A DNA stretch of 32,000 bases, taken from NCBI RefSeq assembly GCF_002298975.1, contig NZ_DBMV01000024.1:133777-165776 (forward strand), given 5' to 3'. Below, piece after piece: positions 17,538-23,383 of the stretch; positions within the stretch are counted from its first letter, which is position 1; every line of letters starts with the position of its first letter. The notes under the pieces were generated by a model, which saw nothing but the letters and a program-made list of their open reading frames with translations, was not told the origin of the DNA and did not search any database. A program made the translations under genes and the position numbers. The stretch is from Ralstonia sp. UBA689 (GTDB taxonomy: Bacteria > Pseudomonadota > Gammaproteobacteria > Burkholderiales > Burkholderiaceae).

Positions 17538-18949
17538 CAGAAACTCCCCTTGAGCATGTAGGCGCAGAGCATCATCGTGCCCAGCATGTTGAGATAACCG
17601 AGCAGCTTGCCGATGTCGCACAACGGCGTCGTGTCCATGTGCAAACTCCAAACACGATCAGGCAACTGCAACGGAACATCGATGTTCCCGAGACACTGAG
17701 CAGCGATACCCATGTCATCAACGTTAGAAAACTTGGAGCTCATGTCCACCTTGTCGGCACCATCGGGCGTGGGCAACTTACCGGCCAACGGATCCTGACC
17801 GCTCCCGAGCTTCGCGCCGAGATCCGTCGAATCATCGTGCTTCTGCAACTCACAACGGGTGTTCCACTGCTGAGCCAGAATCGCGCAACTAATCGCATCA
17901 CCATCACAGGTCGGCGGCGCACTGCAATCGACACCACCACTCGCGGAATCCTTCTTGCATTGAGCTGCTGTCGGATTCTGCTTGCAATAGTCTTCCTGCG
18001 GCTGCGAAGTCGTCGTCGTGCAAGTCCCGGCACCACCATTAACCGTGCCACCTGTGCTGACCTGCGTCGCCTGACAAGGCCCCGCAGCCGTACCACTCGC
18101 AGCACCACCCGAACCACTCCCACCTGTACCGCTGCCAGTCGTCGTTGTCGTCGTCGTGCAAGTCGCGCCATCACACGTTGTGCTCGTGCTCGTGCTGCTG
18201 GAATTCGACGCGGGAACACCGCTGGCAGGCGTATCCGTTGTCGTTGAGTTCGTCGTGCCGCCAGTTGTCTGCGTCGGATACGGAACGCAGACGTTCTGCC
18301 CATTCACCGTGCCGGAATACGTTTTGTCCGGACACGAACTCGTCGGCTTCGTATCCACAGCATTAGGCATCCCCGACCCGCTACAAGACGCGTAATTCGA
18401 AGTCAGCCCGTACCACTCTGCAGAGTAGCCGCCAGACTGCCCTGCCTGCGCACCAGTCCAATAACTGCTGTACCCATACGAACAGCTATTGACGCAAACA
18501 GCCGAGTTAGTCACCGTCTGCGTCGCACTCGTGCCATACGCAGTATTCCCACCCGGAGCGGACTGACCAGCCGCAGGACAATTTGGAGCAGGCGTCGCAC
18601 ACACATACTTCCCAGTCGAATCCGTCTGCAACACCTGCGGTGTCGTGCACGTCAACGGTGGAACAGACTCACTCTTACCAACAACCAAATAGCCGCTGTT
18701 GTACCCCTGCCTATCCCAACACGTTCCACTCGGAGGCGCAAACGTCGCTGACACAGAAGCACACGCATCCGCACCCGTATCGTAATAACCAAGCAACGCA
18801 TTCGTGCTTTGCTTACGCAGCTCAAAATAACCCGCCCAAACGCTAGAACCCCACATCAGGCCAAAGGCAAGCACTAACACCTGTAGCGCACGAGCCCGGC
18901 GGAGCGGAATCCAGATGCGTACAGGAAGCAAGAAAAATGACCAGGGCAT
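17537..18949 (-). CDS. pIII-like adsorption / minor coat protein
   Basis: 470 aa with an N-terminal signal/TM, a Cys-rich N-terminal half and Thr/Ser/Gly linkers (TTCDGATCTTTTTTTGSGTGGSGSGGAASGTAAG). The C-terminal hydrophobic anchor is LLGYLNMLGTMMLCAYML. The position between the coat gene and the pVI-like gene is typical. Confidence 0.7.
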   Translation of the reverse strand: MPWSFFLLPVRIWIPLRRARALQVLVLAFGLMWGSSVWAGYFELRKQSTNALLGYYDTGADACASVSATFAPPSGTCWDRQGYNSGYLVVGKSESVPPLTCTTPQVLQTDSTGKYVCATPAPNCPAAGQSAPGGNTAYGTSATQTVTNSAVCVNSCSYGYSSYWTGAQAGQSGGYSAEWYGLTSNYASCSGSGMPNAVDTKPTSSCPDKTYSGTVNGQNVCVPYPTQTTGGTTNSTTTDTPASGVPASNSSSTSTSTTCDGATCTTTTTTTGSGTGGSGSGGAASGTAAGPCQATQVSTGGTVNGGAGTCTTTTSQPQEDYCKQNPTAAQCKKDSASGGVDCSAPPTCDGDAISCAILAQQWNTRCELQKHDDSTDLGAKLGSGQDPLAGKLPTPDGADKVDMSSKFSNVDDMGIAAQCLGNIDVPLQLPDRVWSLHMDTTPLCDIGKLLGYLNMLGTMMLCAYMLKGSF

Positions 18950-18961
18950 AGCTCACCACCC

Positions 18962-19021
18962 TCACGAAAAAAGAATCCATCCAGCACCCGCTATCGCAAT
19001 GAGAACGAAGTAGCCTTCCAT
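18962..19021 (-). CDS. tiny hydrophobic ORF (19 aa, MEGYFVLIAIAGAGWILFS), possible minor virion/assembly peptide
   Basis: This ORF is not in the track and was read by hand. GGAG lies 8 nt upstream of the ATG at 19021. The stop TGA at 18962-18964 lies 12 nt before the g3 ATG. Confidence 0.3.
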   Translation of the reverse strand: MEGYFVLIAIAGAGWILFS

Positions 19022-19031
19022 GACGAGCTCC

Positions 19032-19057
19032 AATAAAAACGGGGACCGAAGTCCCCG
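19032..19057 (-). terminator. rho-independent terminator/attenuator after the major coat gene
   Basis: The minus strand reads CGGGGAC-TTCG-GTCCCCG followed by TTTTTATTG. It is preceded by a second hairpin, GGCACG-N5-CGTGCC, at 19068-19084. Confidence 0.75.
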
Positions 19058-19092
19058 CGTCTTGCCAGGCACGGGGAGCGTGCCCCGCAGCA

Positions 19093-19299
19093 TCACTTGA
19101 TCGGCTTGCGAACCCAGTTGTAGATCGCCACGACAGCAGCGAGCCCCAGGATGGCCACTCCGATCAGACCGATCGCAGCGACACCCGTACCCAGCGTGGT
19201 CACCACTGCCGACACATCCACGCCATCGGCAGCCATCGCCGAACCAGCGACACCGACAGTACCAACGGCAAAACCCACTTTCTTGAAAATCGACTTCAT
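19093..19299 (-). CDS. major coat protein (pVIII-like)
   Basis: The 68-aa product MKSIFKKVGFAVGTVGVAGSAMA|ADGVDVSAVVTTLGTGVAAIGLIGVAILGLAAVVAIYNWVRKPIK has a signal peptide, an acidic N-terminus, a TM and a basic C-terminus. AGGAG lies upstream of the ATG at 19299. Confidence 0.8.
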   Translation of the reverse strand: MKSIFKKVGFAVGTVGVAGSAMAADGVDVSAVVTTLGTGVAAIGLIGVAILGLAAVVAIYNWVRKPIK

Positions 19300-19303
19300 C
19301 GCC

Positions 19304-19537
19304 CTACTCCTCTTCACGTTGATAAATGGCCCGCGCTGCGGACCGAAAGACGAAAGCGAGAGCCCATAGACCGAGCATCGCGCTCCCAATTAGGGCACCG
19401 TCACTCACCGAGAGCGGCGGCACCGCATGCAACAGCGTGACCTCATCAGCAGTCAGCAGCAGATACCCCGTGCACGACGAAGCTGAAGTGCTATCGAACT
19501 GCAGCTGCCCACTGACGATTTGCACGCACTGAGCCAT
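19304..19537 (-). CDS. small membrane protein (phage morphogenesis/minor coat candidate)
   Basis: The ATG at 19537 overlaps the upstream stop (TGATG). The C-terminal TM is GALIGSAMLGLWALAFVF. It lies immediately upstream of the coat gene. Confidence 0.5.
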   Translation of the reverse strand: MAQCVQIVSGQLQFDSTSASSCTGYLLLTADEVTLLHAVPPLSVSDGALIGSAMLGLWALAFVFRSAARAIYQREEE

Positions 19538-19845
19538 CACCAAGCCCCAGCCAAACCACCGAGCTGATGCAAGTCCTCACGCAAGAACTCGTCAGCAAGG
19601 TCAAGCTTCGAACCATCCAACTCGCAATACGCCTCCTCACGCATCCGCAAGTCATCCAGGAAATCACTACGCGCCCAACGGCAGTGCTGACGCCACACGG
19701 AAACACGACGAGCAGCTGCATCGGCCCGAGCCTCAATCCACGCAACAGCGCTCGCACCGGCAAAGAACGCGACGAACAAGCTCACGCTCATCAACAGAAA
19801 GCCAACGGCCGCGTGAAGCGGATCAAAACCGCCAAAGGGACCCAT
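19537..19845 (-). CDS. phage membrane protein (102 aa)
   Basis: A strong RBS (TAGGAGGAGGTG) precedes the ATG at 19845. The N-terminal TM is AAVGFLLMSVSLFVAFFAGASAVAWI. Confidence 0.55.
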   Translation of the reverse strand: MGPFGGFDPLHAAVGFLLMSVSLFVAFFAGASAVAWIEARADAAARRVSVWRQHCRWARSDFLDDLRMREEAYCELDGSKLDLADEFLREDLHQLGGLAGAW

Positions 19846-19854
19846 CACCTCCTC

Positions 19855-20055
19855 CTAGTGATCAAGCTTGACAATGGCAACCACATCGAACGCCTCATCG
19901 CAGTGATCCACCGCCGTAACCACCGCGTCTTCACGCGAATCGAACGTACCCGCCTCACGCAGCCGATGCGTGAACCCAACGTCGCCCCCGCACGGACACA
20001 GGAACAGACCCGAGTTCACCTCCTGCACGACGAAGCCGACGCCCGCCACGATCAA
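19855..20055 (-). CDS. small phage protein (66 aa)
   Basis: The TTG start overlaps the ssDNA-binding gene stop (TTGA). It fills the gap in the operon. No family is recognised. Confidence 0.4.
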   Translation of the reverse strand: MIVAGVGFVVQEVNSGLFLCPCGGDVGFTHRLREAGTFDSREDAVVTAVDHCDEAFDVVAIVKLDH

Positions 20056-20351
20056 GCCGCCTTGGCAGCGGCAATCGGCACCAGCGAATGCACGATGGTC
20101 TTCATCGTCTTGCCGTTGGTCGTGATTTCCATGTCAGCCTTGGCCTTAAAAGGCAGATCGACCTTGCTGTACTTCTCGAACTCGTCGGACTTGCCGATGG
20201 TGTACTCCGCCGTTGCAGCACCACGAGCAGTGCCCTTGGAATCATCGAACGGCGTCAGCACGTAGGCCTTGCACGAGTCGAAGGCCACACCATCCATGTC
20301 ACCCTTGGATGCCTTGAGGCCGTACACAACCACTTCGCTAGTGAATCGCAT
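20052..20351 (-). CDS. putative ssDNA-binding protein (pV-like)
   Basis: 100 aa, beta-rich (MRFTSEVVVYGLKASKGDMDGVAFDSCKAYVLTPF...). The RBS GGAAGGAAAC lies upstream of the ATG at 20351. The start overlaps the rep 3' end by 14 nt. The call rests on position and size only. Confidence 0.5.
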   Translation of the reverse strand: MRFTSEVVVYGLKASKGDMDGVAFDSCKAYVLTPFDDSKGTARGAATAEYTIGKSDEFEKYSKVDLPFKAKADMEITTNGKTMKTIVHSLVPIAAAKAA

Positions 20352-21594
20352 GATTTGTTTCCTTCCAGGCTGGTGATATGACCGGTTCCCCCGTCCAGCC
20401 ATCGTCGGAGGGGTCAAGATCGTTGAAACGCGGCGTACGAGCACGCTCATGCATGGGTCGCTCGCAAAGCTCGTGATCGGGCACCCTCAGGCGCTCCGGC
20501 CAAGCCTCGGATTTGGACGTGACACGCTTGACAAAGGCCTCAGGCCCCATCAAGCCAACAAGCACGCGCACGTACTTGCCATAGCTCGCACAGATGTTGT
20601 CCAGCGATGCTTCAACGTTGATTTGCGCGGTCTTGCGCTTGATTTCCATGCGCTCCGGCTGACGGCCCGGATCGATGAAACGAAGACAGGGATACGAGGC
20701 AACGAAGAAGGCAGACGGATCGAGCAGCACATCAAACGGAATGACGCGCTTGACATTGCGATACTCAACCTCAATGCGCACCCACTCTGATGACGCATCG
20801 CCCTGCTCTTTGCCCTTCTCGTAAATGCGGCACAACTTGCCGTTACGACGCAAGCCGATATAGAGCGAACGCCCTTTGCCATTAGGCTTCTTCCAATTGC
20901 CCTTGTACTCGTGATGCGGCTCATTGACCGATGCCGTGAAGAGCCCATCATCAAACCACTGATCGGCCTGATCGACGGTGACTTCACCGTCAAAACAATC
21001 GTGCGCAAGATCGACCCGCGTAATGCTCGGACGCCGGGCCTTAGTCTTAAGGAAATCGAACAGCCGCTGTTCCCACCCTTCACGCGCAGCCAGACAACCG
21101 GCACCGCTGATACTCACCATGATGGTCGAACGTTGGTTCTGACCACCAATCGCCACGTGACCATAATTGTCGCCAAGCTCCCAGGCATTCAGGTAGAAAT
21201 CCCGCGACCGCTCCAAGTCCCGCGTGACACCGTAGCCAAGAATCTCGGTGAGCTTTTCCGACAGGGCCATGACGTACGCCACGTCATCAACCCCAACCGC
21301 CTCACTGCGGAAGGTCTCCTCACCGATGGTGAAGCGCAGCGTGTCGATCATCGCCACCTGACCGGATACCGGGACACGCACCATCACCGTCTTAACTTCG
21401 CCCGTGTCGGTCATCACCACATCAACCAACTCGGTTGCCGCCAGAATCGGCCGAGGCGCTCCTGCATCCGTTCCCCCCGTGTTACTAGAGGGGGGGCTAG
21501 CGCTCGCGCGCCCGCTGTCCGTCGCTGCCGCTCCGTCCATCAGCGCACGTGCGCCGCGTGTCCCTACCGTCAACGTCGCCTTCAACCTGCCCAT
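20338..21594 (-). CDS. rolling-circle replication initiation protein (pII / RstA-like, Rep_trans type)
   Basis: ITRVDLAHDCFDGEVTVDQ and LYIGLRRNGKLCRIYEKGKEQGD are typical of the replication-initiation-factor family used by CTX/RSS-type phages. The N-terminal 60 aa are low complexity, so the true start could be a downstream Met (for example 21414). Confidence 0.8.
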   Translation of the reverse strand: MGRLKATLTVGTRGARALMDGAAATDSGRASASPPSSNTGGTDAGAPRPILAATELVDVVMTDTGEVKTVMVRVPVSGQVAMIDTLRFTIGEETFRSEAVGVDDVAYVMALSEKLTEILGYGVTRDLERSRDFYLNAWELGDNYGHVAIGGQNQRSTIMVSISGAGCLAAREGWEQRLFDFLKTKARRPSITRVDLAHDCFDGEVTVDQADQWFDDGLFTASVNEPHHEYKGNWKKPNGKGRSLYIGLRRNGKLCRIYEKGKEQGDASSEWVRIEVEYRNVKRVIPFDVLLDPSAFFVASYPCLRFIDPGRQPERMEIKRKTAQINVEASLDNICASYGKYVRVLVGLMGPEAFVKRVTSKSEAWPERLRVPDHELCERPMHERARTPRFNDLDPSDDGWTGEPVISPAWKETNHAIH

Positions 21595-21612
21595 CGGATC
21601 GTTTACCCCTGC

Positions 21613-21694
21613 CCGGTTAACCGGTTATATTTCGGTTAAATCCACGTTCCGTGAATCCACGGACCGTAGATTAATCCACGAACCGTGGATTCAC
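21613..21694. promoter_or_regulatory. operator/iteron array between rep and repressor
   Basis: A 12-bp palindrome CCGGTTAACCGG lies at 21613-21624, and CGGTTA occurs 3 times. The unit AATCCACG-NNC-CGTR occurs 3 times in direct orientation (21639, 21654, 21673). A perfect 12-bp inverted repeat GTGAATCCACGG/CCGTGGATTCAC lies at 21651-21662 and 21683-21694. Confidence 0.7.
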
Positions 21695-21696
21695 AA
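21668..21696 (-). promoter_or_regulatory. candidate sigma70 promoter for rep (TTGTGA-N17-TAATCT)
   Basis: On the minus strand the -35 TTGTGA lies at 21696-21691 and the -10 TAATCT at 21673-21668. The 17-nt spacer contains the CCACG-AAC-CGTGG operator palindrome. Confidence 0.35.
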
Positions 21697-21709
21697 GGGG
21701 GTGTCGACC

Positions 21710-22150
21710 ATGAAAAGCGTGAAATACCTGGATGCCGTGATCGAGCGACACGGCCTGAAGACCGACAAAGCACTGTGCGAGCACATGGGCTGGTCGCACA
21801 GCGCAGTCAACAACTACCGGAAAGGCTTACGAATCATGGACAACGAGCAGTGCCTGCGCGTTGCCATCGAGCTGGGAATGGAGAACCCGCTACCAATCAT
21901 CATGGCAGCAGACGCGGACCGCGCAGAACGAGCTGGACAGCGGTCGCTGTGGGAAGTTTTTTCACCGAGGATGGCGCATAGCGGCCTGGTCGCCCTCCTC
22001 ATTTCGCTCGGCCTTGGTGTCACAAATTTTGTGACACCAACTCCCGCCAAAGCCGCGCCGTTAAGCCATTTTCAGGCCCCGAACACTGTATCTTATGTTA
22101 AATACAAAGGAACAACGGATCGAGTTTTCTTCGTGCTGGCCCACAACTGA
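21710..22150 (+). CDS. phage repressor-like protein; the prophage form has a host-encoded C-terminal tail
   Basis: AAGGGGG lies upstream of the ATG at 21710. The N-terminal part (KALCEHMGWSHSAVNNYRKGLRIMDNEQCLRVA) resembles an HTH. The gene is divergent from rep across the operator array. The ORF runs through the attR core (codons NTVSYVK); the last 15 codons lie outside the phage. Confidence 0.7.
   Translation: MKSVKYLDAVIERHGLKTDKALCEHMGWSHSAVNNYRKGLRIMDNEQCLRVAIELGMENPLPIIMAADADRAERAGQRSLWEVFSPRMAHSGLVALLISLGLGVTNFVTPTPAKAAPLSHFQAPNTVSYVKYKGTTDRVFFVLAHN
22076..22103 (+). other. attR: dif-like hybrid site with a degenerate XerC arm
   Basis: GCCCCGAACAC-TGTATC-TTATGTTAAAT has a central region and XerD arm identical to 14882-14898. 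The XerC arm matches attL at only 5/11. Confidence 0.8.
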
Positions 22151-22341
22151 CTAGCGTTCCTTCTCGTCTGAGATAGACCCAGTTCCCGTCAAGCTGCACG
22201 CCTTGCACGCCTGTCATCGCAGTTCACCTATCCGGCGCAGCTTCCCCAAACGCGATGGCGACGGCACTACTTGGCATCCCTGTCAGCGCCCTCCCTTGAA
22301 AGCGGCGGGCTGTGCAGATACATATTTCAGTCTTTTCTGTC

Positions 22342-22370
22342 TTGACTGAAATAACTGAAGAACCTATGCT
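22342..22370 (+). promoter_or_regulatory. sigma70 promoter TTGACT-N17-TATGCT of the GbsR-type regulator (predicts a leaderless mRNA)
   Basis: The -35 lies at 22342-22347 and the -10 at 22365-22370. The ATG at 22377 begins 7 nt after the -10, and there is no SD sequence. Confidence 0.55.
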
Positions 22371-22376
22371 CCTGAC

Positions 22377-22907
22377 ATGAAACTCACACCTATCTCCGAA
22401 CGCTTCATCCTCCATTGGGGCGAAATGGGTTCTCGCTGGGGCGTCAATCGCACCGTAGCCCAAATCCACGCGCTGCTATTCCTGGCCGGCCGTCCGTTGT
22501 CCGCGGAGGATATCGCCGAGACGCTCAGCGTCGCGCGCTCGAACGTGAGCACCAGCCTCAAGGAACTGCAATCGTGGCGCCTGACTCGAGTGGTCCATGT
22601 CATGGGGGACCGGCGAGACCATTTTGAAACCTCCACGGATGTCTGGGAGTTATTCAAGCTGATCGTAGAAGGCCGACGACAGCGTGAAATTGATCCGACG
22701 CTGACCGTGCTGCGCGACTGCCTCGTCAGTCCTGAACTGCAGCAAGAGCCCAAAGAGAGCGCCCAACGCATCCAAGAAACACTGGCCTTCATGGAAACAC
22801 TCACTACGTGGACTGAAGAGATGCTGCGGCTCAAGCCCGAGACGTTGATGAAGACACTAGGTATGGGCGCAAAGATCAGCCGGACAGTGCGTCGCACAAA
22901 GGCGTAG
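22377..22907 (+). CDS. GbsR/MarR-family transcriptional regulator
   Basis: MKLTPISERFILHWGEMGSRWGVNRTVAQIHALLFLAGRPLSAEDIAETLSVARSNVSTSLKELQSWRL is the characteristic GbsR-type winged-helix N-terminus. Confidence 0.8.
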   Translation: MKLTPISERFILHWGEMGSRWGVNRTVAQIHALLFLAGRPLSAEDIAETLSVARSNVSTSLKELQSWRLTRVVHVMGDRRDHFETSTDVWELFKLIVEGRRQREIDPTLTVLRDCLVSPELQQEPKESAQRIQETLAFMETLTTWTEEMLRLKPETLMKTLGMGAKISRTVRRTKA

Positions 22908-22923
22908 GGATCGCGCCATGAAA

Positions 22924-22947
22924 GCGGGCATCGTGCCCGCATTTTTT
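22924..22947 (+). terminator. rho-independent terminator
   Basis: GCGGGCA-tcg-TGCCCGC followed by ATTTTTT, 17 nt after the regulator stop. Confidence 0.75.
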
Positions 22948-23002
22948 GGCGTTTGAATTTCTTTTTTTACAGAAATAACTGCAACAAAAGAAGGAGGAAA
23001 TC

Positions 23003-23383
23003 ATGATGTCCTTAGTACTGTCTGCGGTGCAAATCGCCGTTCCGATCCTCTTGGGCCTGATCGTGGCCTCTTACCTGCGTGGCGTGACGTTACGCCTGCT
23101 CGTCGACCTGTGTGGAACAGAAGATCGCGCCCAATTCTGGATGCGGGCCGCCGCCGTGGTCTTTGTTTCGGCACCGCTGATGTTCGTGCTTGTTGGCGCG
23201 CGCAATCCGCTGGAATGTACCGTGCTGAACGCAGCCTGCGCTTTGCAGGTGTTGCGCCAAACAGTGATGTGGAGCCTCGCAGGCGTGCTGCTGGCAGTCG
23301 CAGCCGTAACGCGAGGTGTCGGTCGTCGAATTCCGCGCCAGGCAGCAGCCATGCCCGCGCAAGCCGCGGAGAGCACGTCATGA
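23003..23383 (+). CDS. small integral membrane protein, hypothetical
   Basis: AAGGAGG lies 7 nt upstream of the ATG at 23003. Three or four hydrophobic spans are present. The stop overlaps the next start (ATGA). Confidence 0.65.
   Translation: MMSLVLSAVQIAVPILLGLIVASYLRGVTLRLLVDLCGTEDRAQFWMRAAAVVFVSAPLMFVLVGARNPLECTVLNAACALQVLRQTVMWSLAGVLLAVAAVTRGVGRRIPRQAAAMPAQAAESTS

Larger units (their letters stand above)
14871..22103. mobile_element. integrated filamentous phage (Inoviridae, RSS/CTX-like) at dif; an XerCD-dependent integrative element
   Basis: A full inovirus module lies on the minus strand: Rep, ssDNA-binding protein, small membrane proteins, major coat, pIII-like, pVI-like and Zot/pI. 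A divergent repressor is also present. The element is bounded by the exact 17-bp direct repeat TGTATCTTATGTTAAAT at 14882-14898 and 22087-22103. No integrase gene is present. Confidence 0.9.

Noticed and set aside
22224-22469. 81-aa minus-strand ORF overlapping the GbsR-type gene start and its promoter
   Set aside because: It overlaps a strong promoter and CDS on the other strand. It has no RBS and no recognisable features.
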